Assembly: GCA_945903545.1 (NCBI GenBank)
Contig: CAMDOO010000005.1
Location: forward strand, 5,915 to 69,914
Source of the DNA: Opitutus sp. GAS368
GTDB lineage: Bacteria; Verrucomicrobiota; Verrucomicrobiia; Opitutales; Opitutaceae
DNA: 64,000 nucleotides
Direction of reading: 5' to 3'
Shown here: positions 51,377 through 62,375 of the stretch, one piece after another
How the letters are laid out: each line of letters begins with the position of its first letter
How positions within the stretch are numbered: the first letter of the stretch is position 1
Made by a program: the position numbers and the translations under genes
Notes under the pieces: generated by a model
The model's database searches: none
The model's input: only the letters and a program-made list of their open reading frames with translations
What the model was told of the DNA's origin: nothing

Positions 51377-52459
51377 TCACATCTGCCGCAGGGTAAAGCC
51401 CATGCTAATGAGCTTTTCGCGCATCGCGACCGGGTCCTGGGCCTTATCCATCGCCTCGTCGGGGGCGACGAGTTCGCGGTTCACCAGGCTCATCAGGTGG
51501 GTGTCCATCGTGATCATGCCCTGTGCGGCGCCGGTCTGGATGTCGGACGAGACGCGGAAGGTCTTGTTCTCGCGGATGAGCGAGGCGATCGAGGTCGTGT
51601 TGACCATGATCTCGTAGCCGGCGATGCGGCCGCCGCCGATCTTCTTGCAAAGGACCTGGGAAATGACCGCCTGGATCGACGAAGCGAGCTGGGTGCGGAT
51701 CATGTCCTTCATGTTCGCCGGGAACGCATCGACGATGCGGTCGATGGTCTTGGCGGCGCTGTTGGTGTGCAGGGTGCCGAACACCAAGTGGCCGGTTTCG
51801 GCCGCGCTGATCGCCGCCTCGATCGTCTCGAGGTCGCGCAATTCACCGACGAGGATGATGTCGGGATCCTGCCGGAGGGCGCGCCGGATGGCCTCGGAGA
51901 AGCTCGGGACGTCGGAGTGAATCTCGCGCTGGGTGACGATACAGCGCTTGTGCGGGTGGTAATACTCGATCGGGTCCTCGATGGTGATGATGTGGCCGTC
52001 GCGGTTCTCGTTGATGTAGTTCACCATCGAGGCGAGCGTGGTGGACTTGCCGGAGCCGGTCGGGCCGGTGACGAGGATCAGGCCGCGCGGGCGGTAGAGG
52101 AGCTCGCGGATCTTGTCGGGCAGGCCGAGGTCGCGCAGGCCGAACATCTTGTACGGGATCTGGCGCAGCACCATGCCGTAGTTGCCCTTGGCCTTCATCA
52201 CCGACACGCGAAAGCGGGCCTTCTCGCCGAACGCGAAGCCGAAGTCGGCGCCTCCATTCAGCTTCACGTTGCTGATGTGCGCGTCGGGCGTGATCGAGAG
52301 CATCAGCTTCTCGGTGTCGCTCGGCGTGAGCGGGGCGCCGTCGATCGGCGTGATGCTGCCGCTCAGGCGGAGCGAGGGCGGCTGGCCCACCTGGATGTGG
52401 AGGTCGGATGCGTTCTGGTCGACCATGAGGTCGAGCAGGTCGTTCATTTCGTAGCTCAT
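51377..52459 (-). CDS. pilT: type IV pilus retraction ATPase PilT
   Basis: 360 aa. '[18 protein letters not shown]', '[18 protein letters not shown]', '[10 protein letters not shown]', '[12 protein letters not shown]', and '[21 protein letters not shown]'. Confidence 0.92.
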   Translation of the reverse strand: MSYEMNDLLDLMVDQNASDLHIQVGQPPSLRLSGSITPIDGAPLTPSDTEKLMLSITPDAHISNVKLNGGADFGFAFGEKARFRVSVMKAKGNYGMVLRQIPYKMFGLRDLGLPDKIRELLYRPRGLILVTGPTGSGKSTTLASMVNYINENRDGHIITIEDPIEYYHPHKRCIVTQREIHSDVPSFSEAIRRALRQDPDIILVGELRDLETIEAAISAAETGHLVFGTLHTNSAAKTIDRIVDAFPANMKDMIRTQLASSIQAVISQVLCKKIGGGRIAGYEIMVNTTSIASLIRENKTFRVSSDIQTGAAQGMITMDTHLMSLVNRELVAPDEAMDKAQDPVAMREKLISMGFTLRQM

Positions 52460-52476
52460 GTTTTGAAAGGGGTTCT

Positions 52477-53850
52477 TCAGACCTCGGCTCCGCCCAGCAT
52501 GCAGACGACTTCCGCGGCGGTGGTCAAACCACGCGTGACCTTGTTGGCGCCGTCCTCACGGATCGAGCGGTGCCCCCGGGAGGCCGCCCGGGACTGCAAC
52601 TCGGCCCGTCCGGCCCGCCGATGGATAATTTCCTGTAAACCGGGCTCGACCTCCATGAGCTCGAATAACCCAAGCCGCCCGCGGAAGCCGGTGCCGGAGC
52701 ACTCGGGGCAGCCGGCACCCTCACGGCAACCGGCGAGGGCCGGCGCGACGGGGTCGAGGCCGAGCGCCGCCAGCTCATGGGCCGGCGGTGTGGCGGGTCG
52801 GGCGCAGGATGGGCAAACCCGCCGCGCTAGGCGCTGGGACACCACGCCCCGCAGCGAGGCGGCCACGAGAAAAGGCGGCAGCCCCATCTCCAGGAGACGC
52901 GTGACGGCCCCTGTGGCATCGTTGGTATGCAGGGTCGAAAGCACGAGATGCCCGGTCTGGGCGGCGTTGAGCGCGATGGCGGCCGTCTCCAGGTCACGAA
53001 TTTCGCCGATCATGATCACATTGGGCGCCTGTCGCAGCATGGCCCGGAGCGCGGCGGCAAAGGTCAGGCCGATCGCCGGCCGCACCTGCACCTGGTTCAC
53101 GCCCGGCAGCTGGTACTCCACCGGATCCTCGACGGTGATGACCTTGGTGCCGGGCTGGTTGAACCGCCGCAGACAGCTGTAGAGGGTCGTGGTTTTGCCG
53201 GAGCCCGTCGGCCCGGTCACCAGGATCAACCCGTCGGGCCGCGCCATCAGCCGGTCAAAACGGGTGATATCGTCGCCGGTCAGACCCAGCTCCGTCGGGC
53301 CCGGGGGCAACTCCTGCCGGTCAAGCAGGCGGAGCGCGAGGCTCTCGCCGTGGACTGTCGGCAGGGCCGAGACGCGGACGTCGACCGGCCCGCCAGGCAG
53401 ATCGATCCGGCAACGCCCGTCCTGGGCGGCGCGGCGTTCGGCAATCGAGAGGCCGGCCATGATCTTGAGCCGGGAAAGAATCGCCGACTGCAGGCGGTGC
53501 GGTGGGTCACCCGCGTCGACCAGCGCCCCATCGATGCGATAACGCACGCGGAGTCGGCCGGCGAGCGGCTCGAAATGCACATCCGAGGCCCGACGGCGCG
53601 CGGCGTCCTCGAGGATGGAGTGGACCAGGCCGATGACCGGGGCATCGGACTCCTCGGCCTCCACCGTGACGGCGGGTGCGGTCGGCACCGCTGGCGGCGC
53701 CGGGGCGTCTTCCCGACAACGCGCCAGCAGGTCCTGCCCAGCGGGGCTGGCGAACGAATCCGGCCTGGCCTCCCGACCGGTCAGGAATTCGAGGTCATCG
53801 ATATCACCGAGCGACGGCGACGAGCTACGCGCGCAGTCGATGGCGGTCAT
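52477..53850 (-). CDS. short-N-terminus GspE/PilB-family ATPase
   Basis: 457 aa. 'ASDVHFEP', '[17 protein letters not shown]', 'VEDPVEYQL', '[12 protein letters not shown]', '[14 protein letters not shown]'. Tetracysteine '[16 protein letters not shown]'. Only ~70 disordered residues precede the N2 domain. Confidence 0.88.
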   Translation of the reverse strand: MTAIDCARSSSPSLGDIDDLEFLTGREARPDSFASPAGQDLLARCREDAPAPPAVPTAPAVTVEAEESDAPVIGLVHSILEDAARRRASDVHFEPLAGRLRVRYRIDGALVDAGDPPHRLQSAILSRLKIMAGLSIAERRAAQDGRCRIDLPGGPVDVRVSALPTVHGESLALRLLDRQELPPGPTELGLTGDDITRFDRLMARPDGLILVTGPTGSGKTTTLYSCLRRFNQPGTKVITVEDPVEYQLPGVNQVQVRPAIGLTFAAALRAMLRQAPNVIMIGEIRDLETAAIALNAAQTGHLVLSTLHTNDATGAVTRLLEMGLPPFLVAASLRGVVSQRLARRVCPSCARPATPPAHELAALGLDPVAPALAGCREGAGCPECSGTGFRGRLGLFELMEVEPGLQEIIHRRAGRAELQSRAASRGHRSIREDGANKVTRGLTTAAEVVCMLGGAEV

Positions 53851-53867
53851 GCAGCCAATGGCCCGTG

Positions 53868-53938
53868 GTAGGGCTGACTCGTTGAGTCAGCCGCGATAGG
53901 CGATGTCGAGCCCGGCGGACATGACTTGTCCGCCCTAC
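53868..53938. repeat. GTAGGG...CCCTAC double-hairpin REP between rho and the PilB-like gene
   Basis: GTAGGGCTGACTCGTTGAGTCAGCC ... GGCGGACATGACTTGTCCGCCCTAC. Confidence 0.75.
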
Positions 53939-53977
53939 CCTGGATTTCGACGGTTCCAGGTGGAACGAACATCGGGG

Positions 53978-55897
53978 CTACCGGTTGAGACTCATCAGGA
54001 ACTCGGCGTTGGACTCCGTCTTCTTCAGCCGCCCGAGGAACATCTCCATGGCCTCGACGGAGGGGATGCCCTGCATCGCACGGCGCAGGCCGTAGACGCG
54101 CTGCATCTCGTCGGGGTGGTAAATGAGCTCCTCCTTGCGGGTGCCGGAGCGGTCGAGGTTGATCGCGGGGAAGATGCGCTTCTCAACCAGGCCGCGGTCG
54201 AGGTGGAGCTCCATGTTGCCGGTGCCCTTGAACTCCTCGAAGATGATCTCGTCCATGCGGCTGCCGGTGTCGATCAGCGCCGTGCCCATGATCGTGAGGC
54301 TGCCGCCGCCCTCGATGTTGCGGGCCGCGCCGAAGAAGCGCTTGGGTTTCTGGAGCGCGGTGGCCTCGAGGCCGCCCGACATGATCTTGCCCTGGTTCGA
54401 GGCGAGCGCGTTGTAGGCGCGGGCCAGGCGGGTGATGGAGTCGAGGAGGATGACGACGTGCTGCCCCTGCTCGACGAGCCGGCGGGCCTTCTCGCCCACC
54501 ATCTCGGCGCAGTGGATGTGGTTCTCCGGGGCCTCGTCGAAGGTGGAGCTGACGACCTCGCCCTGGGTGTGGCGGCGGAAGTCGGTCACTTCCTCGGGGC
54601 GCTCGTCGATCAGGAGGAGGATGAGCTTAACGTCCGGGAAGTTGTTCGAGATCGAGTTGGCGATGTTCTGCAGCAGGACGGTCTTGCCGGTGCGGGGCGG
54701 GGCGACGATCAGGCCGCGCTGGCCGAAGCCGATCGGGGTGAGCAGGTCGACGGCGCGCATGGACACGTCCTTGTGGATCTCGGTCGCCTCGAGGAGGATT
54801 CGCTTGAGCGGGTAGTACGGCACCAGCTCCTCGAAGGGCGTGATGCGCTCGATGTCGCCGGGCTTCATGCCCATGACGGACACGACGCGGACGACGGACG
54901 GGCAGCGCTCGTCGGCCTTGGGGGCCTGCACGATGACCTCGACCTCGTGGCCGCGCTTGAGGCCGTAGTGGCGGATGAGAACCTCCGGGAGATAGGGATC
55001 CTCGGGATACAGCCGGTAGTTGACGTGCTTGTGGACGATGAAGCCGTGGTTGCCCTTGTCGGTCTGGTCGATCCAGCCGCGGTCGCGGAGCTCCGTCTTG
55101 GCCGCGGCAGCGTGCGCAAAGATCTGGGTGAGCAGGATCCGCCGGGCGGGGGCGCCCTCGAAGGTCACGCCCATCTTTTTCGCGAATGCGGTCAGCTCCG
55201 CCAGGTGCAGCGCGTAGAGCTCGTCGAGATAGATGACGTCGCCCTTCCCGCTCGAGACTTCGTCGGCCAGCTTCTCCAGCGCGGCGACCTCCGCAAAACG
55301 GGTCTCATCCGGCAGGGCGCCGAAGACCGGGGCGTTCTCGGGCGGACGCGGCTGCTGGGGATGCGGGGAATGCCCGCCCCCGCCCTGCCCGCCACCGCCA
55401 CCACCCTGCTGCCAGCCGCCGCCACCGCCGCCGCCGCCGCCGCCGAACTTGCCGCGCTTGCCGCGCTTGTCGCGGCGGTTGCGCTTCCAAAAGCCACCGC
55501 GGTCCTGACCCTGGCCGCCGCCCCAATCGCCACCCTGCTGGCCCTCATTGCCCTGGCCGCCTTGCGGCTGGCCGCCGGGCTGGCCTTGTTGGTCACCGCC
55601 GGAAGCAGGACCCGAGTCCTCACGCTGGCCCTGCGGCGGCCGATCCGGCGCGCCGCCAGATCCCTGGGGTTCAGGCGCCGGGGCCGCGGGCACAAAGGTC
55701 TCACGAACGGGCGCAGGGGCCTCGGCCCGGGGCGGAGGAGGAGTCGACGGCTCGGGCGCAGGGGCCGACTCGGCCGCGGCGGCACCCGCGGGCTTGCGCG
55801 GACCGCGCGGGGCGCGGGTGGTGCGGGGCTTGCGGGCCTTCTTGGCCTCGTCGGCCGGCTTGGAATCGTCGCTCTCGTTTTTCGGGGGCAGTGACAT
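53978..55897 (-). CDS. rho: transcription termination factor Rho with a long disordered N-terminal extension
   Basis: 639 aa. Core '[58 protein letters not shown]'. Residues 1 to ~190-220 are rich in G, Q, P, R and K. Confidence 0.95.
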   Translation of the reverse strand: MSLPPKNESDDSKPADEAKKARKPRTTRAPRGPRKPAGAAAAESAPAPEPSTPPPPRAEAPAPVRETFVPAAPAPEPQGSGGAPDRPPQGQREDSGPASGGDQQGQPGGQPQGGQGNEGQQGGDWGGGQGQDRGGFWKRNRRDKRGKRGKFGGGGGGGGGGWQQGGGGGGQGGGGHSPHPQQPRPPENAPVFGALPDETRFAEVAALEKLADEVSSGKGDVIYLDELYALHLAELTAFAKKMGVTFEGAPARRILLTQIFAHAAAAKTELRDRGWIDQTDKGNHGFIVHKHVNYRLYPEDPYLPEVLIRHYGLKRGHEVEVIVQAPKADERCPSVVRVVSVMGMKPGDIERITPFEELVPYYPLKRILLEATEIHKDVSMRAVDLLTPIGFGQRGLIVAPPRTGKTVLLQNIANSISNNFPDVKLILLLIDERPEEVTDFRRHTQGEVVSSTFDEAPENHIHCAEMVGEKARRLVEQGQHVVILLDSITRLARAYNALASNQGKIMSGGLEATALQKPKRFFGAARNIEGGGSLTIMGTALIDTGSRMDEIIFEEFKGTGNMELHLDRGLVEKRIFPAINLDRSGTRKEELIYHPDEMQRVYGLRRAMQGIPSVEAMEMFLGRLKKTESNAEFLMSLNR

Positions 55898-55980
55898 GGA
55901 GGAAGTGAAAAGGTAAAGTGAGGGAAAGTGGAGGGGAACGCCGCCGGGGAGATGGAACAGCCTCGGACCCGCGGGGCGGA

Positions 55981-56565
55981 TCAGGCGTGGGACGGAAGGC
56001 TTCGAACCAGGTGCGCGACCTGTTGTTCGAGGAATTCGGCGGATCCGTCGTTCAGCAGGACATAATGGGACAGCTCAATTTTTCGCCCGAGGGGCCATTG
56101 CGTGGAAATTCTCCGCTCGGCGAGCGCTCGTTCCATTCCGCGCTGCTCCAGCCGGGCCAGTTGCTGAGCGGGAGAACAGGCGACGCAGATGGTGAAATCA
56201 AACCAATTCTCCAGCTGTTTCTCGAACAGCAGCGGCACCTCGAAGACCCAGGGACCCGCGGGGTCGGCAGTCAGGCGTTCCCGCCAGATTGCAAACAGCG
56301 GCGGATGGGTCAGCTGCTCCAGCCAGAGGCGCTGGGCGTCATCGCCAAAGACAATCCCGGCGATCCGGACCCGGTTGATCCCGCCGTCCGGGAGGATCGC
56401 GTCCGCTCCGAAGCGTTCCCGCAGGGCCGCACGGATTTCCGGGCGCGCGTAAACGTGCTCGCGCACCACGGCGTCCGAATCGAGATAACGGAAGCCGAGG
56501 CGCTCGAACAGGCGGGCGGCAGTGGATTTGCCGCACCCGAAACCTCCCGTAAGACCAAGGATCAT
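55981..56565 (-). CDS. coaE: dephospho-CoA kinase
   Basis: 194 aa. 'MILGLTGGFGCGKSTAARLFERLGF', 'VPLLFE'. Confidence 0.9.
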   Translation of the reverse strand: MILGLTGGFGCGKSTAARLFERLGFRYLDSDAVVREHVYARPEIRAALRERFGADAILPDGGINRVRIAGIVFGDDAQRLWLEQLTHPPLFAIWRERLTADPAGPWVFEVPLLFEKQLENWFDFTICVACSPAQQLARLEQRGMERALAERRISTQWPLGRKIELSHYVLLNDGSAEFLEQQVAHLVRSLPSHA

Positions 56566-56696
56566 GGGGTCAGCGCGTCGAAGGGCCGACCATGCCCGGG
56601 CCCCAAGCCGGCCGGCAAACCATTAAATGAGAAGAATTTTCACCCCGGATGCAGATAAAGTGAAAGATTGGGGCCCTTTTCTGCGTTTCAGGGAGT

Positions 56697-58235
56697 ATGC
56701 TCGCCACCATCTCTTCCGCCGCCCTCCAAGGCATCGATGCCGCCTTGGTCCATGTCGAATGCAACACCGGGGAGAACGGCGAACCCTGTATCCTGCTCGT
56801 CGGTCTGCCCGACGCCGCCGTCCGCGAATCCCGGGACCGGGTGACCTCCGCCGTCAACAACAGCGGCCTCAAGATGCCCCGGGCGCGCATGACGATCAAT
56901 CTCGCCCCCGCCGACATCCGCAAGGAGGGGCCGATCTACGACCTCCCGATCGCCCTCGGCCTGCTGCATTCCTCGGCACAGCTCCACTCCGACACCATCG
57001 GTGACTTCATCATTGCTGGCGAGCTGGGCCTGGCCGGCACCGTCCGCCCGATCCGCGGGGCCCTCGCCATGGCCCGCCTCGCCCGGCGCCTCGGCAAGCG
57101 CGGGCTGCTGCTTCCCCCTGCCTCGGCCGCCGAGGCGGCACTGGTGGACGGCGTCGAGGTGTATGCCGTGCCCACGCTGGACGCCGCCTTCCGTTTCCTG
57201 ACCGGCGAGAAACCCCTGCCGCAGGTGCGCGCCAACCTCAGCCGGCCGGTCGTCGCGGGCGGGGCGGAACCCGCCGTGGACTTCGCCGAGATCAAGGGCC
57301 AGCACTCCGTCCGCCGGGCCGTCGAGATCGCCGTCGCGGGAAACCACAATCTTATGCTCATCGGCCCTCCGGGCGCCGGGAAGTCGATGATCGCGAAACG
57401 GATCCCGACCATCATGCCACCGGCCACCTCCGAAGAGTACCTTGAGATCCTCGGCATCCACTCGGCCGCGGGCCGGACCCTGCACGGCGACCTGGCTTGG
57501 GCCACCCGGCCGTTCCGCAGCCCGCATCACACGATCTCCAATGTCGGGCTGATCGGCGGGGGCACGATTCCCGGGCCCGGCGAGATCTCGCTCGCCCACC
57601 ATGGGGTGCTCTTCCTCGACGAACTGCCCGAGTTCCACCGCTCGGCCCTGGAGGTCCTGCGCCAGCCGCTGGAGGACGGGGAGGTCACGATCTCGCGGAG
57701 CGCGGGCAAGATCACCCTCCCCTGCTCGTTCCTGCTGGTCGCGGCGATGAACCCCTGCCCCTGCGGTTATCTCGGGCACGGCCGCCGGGAGTGCCGTTGC
57801 GCGCCCTCGCAGATCCAGCGCTACCGCGCCCGCCTGAGCGGCCCCCTGCTCGACCGGCTCGATCTCCACGTGGAGGCCCCGCCGTTGGCCATGGCCGAGC
57901 TGCGTTCCGAACAACCCGGTGAAACCTCGGCGGCCATGGCGGGCCGGATCGCCGCCGCGCGCACCCGGCAGCAGGCCCGGTTCGCCGGCACGCGGGCCAC
58001 CAGCAATGCCCGCATGAGCCCGGCACAAATTCGGCGCCATTGCACGATCCACTCCGCGCTCGGCGACCTGCTGCAGCGCGCGATCGAGCAACTCCAGCTC
58101 TCGGCCCGCTCCTACGACCGGATCCTCAAGGTCTCCCGCACAATCGCCGACCTGGCCGGGGCCGAGGCCATCGGCGAGATCCACCTGATGGAGGCGATCC
58201 AATACCGCTCGCTCGACCGCGACCGGGTGCGCTAG
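56697..58235 (+). CDS. YifB/ComM-family Mg-chelatase-like AAA+ ATPase
   Basis: 512 aa. '[15 protein letters not shown]', '[24 protein letters not shown]', '[17 protein letters not shown]', '[11 protein letters not shown]', and 'NPCPCGY'. Confidence 0.92.
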   Translation: MLATISSAALQGIDAALVHVECNTGENGEPCILLVGLPDAAVRESRDRVTSAVNNSGLKMPRARMTINLAPADIRKEGPIYDLPIALGLLHSSAQLHSDTIGDFIIAGELGLAGTVRPIRGALAMARLARRLGKRGLLLPPASAAEAALVDGVEVYAVPTLDAAFRFLTGEKPLPQVRANLSRPVVAGGAEPAVDFAEIKGQHSVRRAVEIAVAGNHNLMLIGPPGAGKSMIAKRIPTIMPPATSEEYLEILGIHSAAGRTLHGDLAWATRPFRSPHHTISNVGLIGGGTIPGPGEISLAHHGVLFLDELPEFHRSALEVLRQPLEDGEVTISRSAGKITLPCSFLLVAAMNPCPCGYLGHGRRECRCAPSQIQRYRARLSGPLLDRLDLHVEAPPLAMAELRSEQPGETSAAMAGRIAAARTRQQARFAGTRATSNARMSPAQIRRHCTIHSALGDLLQRAIEQLQLSARSYDRILKVSRTIADLAGAEAIGEIHLMEAIQYRSLDRDRVR

Positions 58236-58264
58236 CCGCCCGGCCGGATGGGCCCGCCGGGCGG

Positions 58265-58292
58265 CAAAACCAATGGCTGCGCCATTGGTTTG
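58265..58292. repeat. AATGGCTGCGCCATT-core hairpin (copy 2), possible terminator of the YifB/ComM gene
   Basis: AAACCAATGG-CTGCG-CCATTGGTTT. Confidence 0.7.
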
Positions 58293-58412
58293 GGAGGCGG
58301 GGCTTTGTCGGAGCAAACCTGGATTTCCCAACTCCGATTCCTCGCGGACACAAAAAAGCGGCCGGTGCACCAGGCACCGGCCGCGATAGGCTTTAGCGGG
58401 ATCGCAAAAGTC

Positions 58413-59114
58413 TTAGAAGGCGTACTTGAGACTGGCGCTGACCACGGTGGCGGCCTGCTTGCCGCTGAGGTAGTCGTAGTTGAGGCTGGCGGTGAAGCGG
58501 TCGTTGACCTTGTAGGATCCGCTCACGCCGTAGCTGAAATCAGCCTTGCGCTGCTGGTTCGGGAAAGCGTCCTGCAGGATCTTGCCGGCGGTGGCCGCGG
58601 CATTGTTCGGCGGGATGACGGCGGTGGTGATGCTCTTGCCCCACTCGGCGCGGGAAGCGGTCATCCCGATGCGGCCGGACACGGAGAGCTTGTCCATGGT
58701 GTGACGCGCGGCGAAGCCGAAGGTCCAGGCGGTGACTTCGAGCTCATTCTTGAAGGTGACGGCGCTGGCGGAAAGAACCGGCGTGTTCAGCTGGCCCGTG
58801 CCCGAGATGGTGAGCGTGCCCGCGTTGATGTAGGAGCCCTCAACCGAGAAGATCTCGCTCAGTTGGTAGCCGATGCGGAGGCCCATGGCAGTGTCGGACT
58901 TGTCCGTGCCGGTGATGGTGACCGTATTCTCGGTGGTTCCCGTGGCGGGAGACGTCTGGGTGAAGAGGTTGTTGGTGACAATACCCGTGCTGGCCTTGAA
59001 CGACGTGAAGCCAGCAATCCCCTCCACATAAAAGTTATCCAGTTGGGCGGAGGCGGAACCGCAGATGGCAGCGGTCAGGAGCGAGGCAACCAGAAGTCGA
59101 AGCTTTGATTTCAT
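58413..59114 (-). CDS. outer-membrane beta-barrel protein
   Basis: 233 aa. Signal peptide 'MKSKLRLLVASLLTAAICGSASA', alternating beta-strand pattern, C-terminal '...SLKYAF'. Confidence 0.7.
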   Translation of the reverse strand: MKSKLRLLVASLLTAAICGSASAQLDNFYVEGIAGFTSFKASTGIVTNNLFTQTSPATGTTENTVTITGTDKSDTAMGLRIGYQLSEIFSVEGSYINAGTLTISGTGQLNTPVLSASAVTFKNELEVTAWTFGFAARHTMDKLSVSGRIGMTASRAEWGKSITTAVIPPNNAAATAGKILQDAFPNQQRKADFSYGVSGSYKVNDRFTASLNYDYLSGKQAATVVSASLKYAF

Positions 59115-59423
59115 TTTGAGGATACGGGATGCGTAGGATTTTATCTGCAGTTTGGGTTTTAGGGACGAACAAATGTCTAGGGCACAACTCGAACGAGAGG
59201 TCCAGACACACGGGGGGTATGCACTTTTGGTGGGTTGCGGGATTTTTCATGTCAAGACTTCGTGCCGGTGACCCCGACAAATTCATGTCTCGATCGCCCC
59301 GAACGACGCAGACCTACCAATAAGCAGGTGCTTAATCCCAAAAAACTCCCGGAGTGGCGTCTGGTCCACGCGGAGAATCGCGCTGGAGAAAACGTCCGGG
59401 GCCGTGACAGAGTGTGCGTCTGC

Positions 59424-60431
59424 ATGCCAGAATCCGCCGACCATCCGTCCGCCGCCTTTATTGCCGCATTCCGGCGGATCGCAGGGCCGTCGGATCGGAT
59501 GGACTTCGCGCGCTTCATGGGCCTCGCACTCTATGATGTGGAAGTCGGCTATTACCGTGCCGCCCGGCGGCGGGTCGGCCGGGGAGCCGGCACCGATTTC
59601 TACACCGCCAGCACCAGCGGCGCGGTCTTCGGCGAACTGATCGCGGCGGCCGCGGTGAAACTCCTGGGCAATGCCGATCCCCGTGAGTTCACGTTTGGGG
59701 AGATCGGAGCCGAGGCGCCGGGCCCCGGCGAGCCGGCACGGGGCATCCTCGCCGGGGTCGAACACCCTTTTGCCGCGGTCCGGACCATCCCCCTCGGCGA
59801 AGAAATCAAATTCTCCGGCCCCCACGTGGTCTTCGCCAACGAACTGCTCGATGCGCAGCCTTTCGATCGGTTCGTCTTTCGCGGCGATCGCTGGCGCCGG
59901 TTGGGCGTGGCCGAAAGCGACGGACGGCTCGTGGAAATCGAAATGCCGGAGCCGTGCAACGAGCCCCTCCTCCCCGCCCACGCACCCGAGGGTTACATCC
60001 TCGATGCGCCGTTCGCCGCCTCGGCACTGCTCGATCAGATCGCAGGTCAGCCGTGGACCGGCCTGTTCCTGACCTGTGACTACGGCCGGTCGCGTCACGA
60101 ACTCCTGACGGAATATCCCGCCGGCACCGCCCGCGCCTACCACCGTCACCAGCAGTCCAACGATCTACTGGCCCGACCGGGCGAACAAGATCTCACCTGC
60201 CATCTCTGTTGGGACTGGCTGGCAGACATCCTCCGGGGTCGGGGGTTTGCCCAGCCAACGGTCGAGACGCAGGAAGCCTTTTTTGTGAAACACGCCGGGA
60301 GTTACCTCGCCGCCGCCAGCGCCGCCGAGGCCGCGCGCCTCAGTCCGCGAAAACTCGCCCTTATGCAGCTGCTCCATCCGGCCCATTTGGGCCAGAAATT
60401 CCAAGTCCTCCACGCCCTCCGGAGCCCCTAG
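59424..60431 (+). CDS. DUF185/MidA-family SAM-dependent methyltransferase
   Basis: ORF 59235..60431(+), start set to ATG 59424. 'FARFMGLALYDVEVGYY..GTDFYTASTSGAVFGELIA..FGEIGAE'. Confidence 0.75.
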   Translation: MPESADHPSAAFIAAFRRIAGPSDRMDFARFMGLALYDVEVGYYRAARRRVGRGAGTDFYTASTSGAVFGELIAAAAVKLLGNADPREFTFGEIGAEAPGPGEPARGILAGVEHPFAAVRTIPLGEEIKFSGPHVVFANELLDAQPFDRFVFRGDRWRRLGVAESDGRLVEIEMPEPCNEPLLPAHAPEGYILDAPFAASALLDQIAGQPWTGLFLTCDYGRSRHELLTEYPAGTARAYHRHQQSNDLLARPGEQDLTCHLCWDWLADILRGRGFAQPTVETQEAFFVKHAGSYLAAASAAEAARLSPRKLALMQLLHPAHLGQKFQVLHALRSP

Positions 60432-60509
60432 GCAAGACCGCCAAATATCCCCTTGCTTCACGAAAGGCCCGCCCTTTACTCCGAACCTTTTAACCAACTC
60501 GAAACCATC

Positions 60510-60740
60510 ATGGCCAGAATCTGTGCAATCACCGGTCGCCGTCCCGTCAAGGGCAGCATCATCAACCGCAAGGGTCAGTCCAAGAAGAGCGGCGGCATCG
60601 GCACGCACGTGACGAGCATCACGAAGCGCAAGTTCCGGCCCAACCTGCAGTACATCAAGGTCCGCCTCGCGAATGGCGGCACCAAGCGCATGTGGGTCTC
60701 GGTCAAGGCCATCAAGGCCGGGCTGATCACCAAGGCCTGA
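60510..60740 (+). CDS. rpmB: 50S ribosomal protein L28
   Basis: 76 aa from ATG 60510. 'MARICAITGRRPVKGSIINRKGQSKKSGGIGTHVTSITKRKFRPNLQ..RMWVSVKAIK'. Confidence 0.95.
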   Translation: MARICAITGRRPVKGSIINRKGQSKKSGGIGTHVTSITKRKFRPNLQYIKVRLANGGTKRMWVSVKAIKAGLITKA

Positions 60741-60760
60741 GTTCCCCAACTCCCTCTCCA

Positions 60761-60789
60761 CCCGCGGCTCCCAAAGCCGCGGGTTTTTT
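60761..60789 (+). terminator. Rho-independent terminator after rpmB
   Basis: CCCGCGGCT-CCCAA-AGCCGCGGG stem-loop followed by TTTTTT, then GTGCCCGG. Confidence 0.85.
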
Positions 60790-60898
60790 GTGCCCGGAAA
60801 CCAGGAAAGGAATGTGGAAAGCGGGAAAGAGGGAGAATCCGATCGGGTCGATCGTCATTTTTCCTGATTTCCAGCTTTCCCCATTCAAAAAACTTTCC

Positions 60899-61501
60899 TC
60901 ATCCCCGCCAGGTGAACGCATGGCAGAGCGCCACACCGGCGGCGTCCGCCTCGTCGAAAGCCAGCGCCCGGCCGTGGCCCAGCATCGCCATCACCGTCCG
61001 CGCCATCTGTTCCTTGCTCGCCCGACCGGCGCCGACCACCGCCTGTTTCACGCGCAACGGCGCATATTCGAAAATCGGCAGGTCACGCAGCGCCGCCGTG
61101 GCAATGGCCGCCCCGCGCGCCGCGCCCAGGATCTGAGCCGTCTGGAAGTTCTGCACGAAGATCGTCTGCTCCAGCGCCACGTGGCGCACCGCGAAGTCCG
61201 CGAGGAACGACTCCACCCCGCGGTGGATCTCGGCCAGCGCCTCCGGCATCGGGCGCTTCGCGTGGACCTTGATCGTCCGGCACCGCAGCAGCACCGGCAT
61301 GCGCCCCGGCTGGAAATCCAAGATCGCCAGGCCGGTCCCGCGCAACGAGGGATCAATGCCGAGCACGATTCCCGCGAAGGCCGTCCGCGCCGCCAAGGGC
61401 TGGCCGCCATCCGTCCGCCGGGCCTCCGCGCGGGCATGCGTGGTGGACGCCGGGACGGGTTTCCCCTCCAGCTTCGCCTTCCACATCTGCCTGACGTTCA
61501 T
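60899..61501 (-). CDS. ruvC: crossover junction endodeoxyribonuclease RuvC
   Basis: '[17 protein letters not shown]', '[22 protein letters not shown]', and '[12 protein letters not shown]'. The start is uncertain: GTG 61510, ATG 61501, or an internal GTG at 61366 that would give a canonical N-terminus. Confidence 0.8.
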   Translation of the reverse strand: MNVRQMWKAKLEGKPVPASTTHARAEARRTDGGQPLAARTAFAGIVLGIDPSLRGTGLAILDFQPGRMPVLLRCRTIKVHAKRPMPEALAEIHRGVESFLADFAVRHVALEQTIFVQNFQTAQILGAARGAAIATAALRDLPIFEYAPLRVKQAVVGAGRASKEQMARTVMAMLGHGRALAFDEADAAGVALCHAFTWRG

Positions 61502-61628
61502 CCGCGCCACGCCCGATTAACCGCAGAGCCAAGCCAGTCCGCCGAGATAAAAAGGCAGGGGCGGCTGTCCCCAGCCGCTCTCGATCGATCCAGGACGTGT
61601 GAGGACACACGTCCCTACCCTTTCCCGT

Positions 61629-62375
61629 TCAGAACAGCAGCTTCAGTCCCGCCGCCGCCGCCAAGGCCAGCGCAAGGTTCTCGAACCATTGCTGGTTCAG
61701 GCGCGAAAGCAGTTTCCGGCCCAGCCAGGCCCCGACCAGCACCGCCGGGCAAAGGATCAGGTTCGCGGTCACGCTCCCGAGGTTCACAAGCCCCAGATTC
61801 ATCATGAACGGCACCTTGAACACGTTCAGCACGAGGAAGAACATCGCCGCGGTCCCCACGAATTCCAGCTTCGGCAGGCGCATCGCCAGCAGGTACATTG
61901 CCATCAGCGGGCCGGCGGCATTTGCAATCAGCGTCGTAAAACCGGCCAGAATCCCGGTCACCGGAACCAAAACCGGGTGCCTCGGTTCCTCGTTAGTGGC
62001 GGCCCGCCGGCTCAGCCACCATTTCCGCAATAGATGCAGCGCCGCCAGCACAAGAATGATCACCCCGATCATGATCCGCGCCTGGCGGTCATCGATCCGG
62101 TCCATCGCAAAGTAGCCAATCACCACCCCGATAGCCGTCCACGGGAAAAGCCTCAGCAAATAGCGCCACTGCGTGTGTTGCCGGTACGTCAGCACCGCGA
62201 TCACATCCCCCACGATGAGCAAGGGCAGCAGCAGCCCGCTCGCCTGCTTGGCCGGCACCAGCTGCGCGAAGATCGCCACCGGCAGCATGCCGAGGCCCGC
62301 GACACCGGTCTTGGCGACGCCCACCAGCAACGCCGCCACCACGGCGAGAACCCATTGAGCGGAATCGAGGTTCAT
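61629..62375 (-). CDS. TauE/SafE-family anion exporter
   Basis: 248 aa, 7-8 TM. 'GVAKTGVAGLGMLPVAIFA' and a repeated half 'LAGFTTLIANAAGPLMAMYLL'. Confidence 0.85.
   Translation of the reverse strand: MNLDSAQWVLAVVAALLVGVAKTGVAGLGMLPVAIFAQLVPAKQASGLLLPLLIVGDVIAVLTYRQHTQWRYLLRLFPWTAIGVVIGYFAMDRIDDRQARIMIGVIILVLAALHLLRKWWLSRRAATNEEPRHPVLVPVTGILAGFTTLIANAAGPLMAMYLLAMRLPKLEFVGTAAMFFLVLNVFKVPFMMNLGLVNLGSVTANLILCPAVLVGAWLGRKLLSRLNQQWFENLALALAAAAGLKLLF

Noticed and set aside
55400-55445. (GCC/GCG)n run in rho as a phase-variable microsatellite.
   Set aside because: The tract is an imperfect codon-level repeat encoding poly-Gly. Length changes would stay in frame, so it cannot act as an on/off switch. 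It is kept only as a possible source of length polymorphism under the Rho finding.
61367-61510. About 45-aa N-terminal extension of RuvC as a novel domain.
   Set aside because: It is more likely a start-codon artefact. An in-frame GTG at 61366 gives the canonical M-LGIDPS N-terminus, and the upstream codons are basic and low-complexity.
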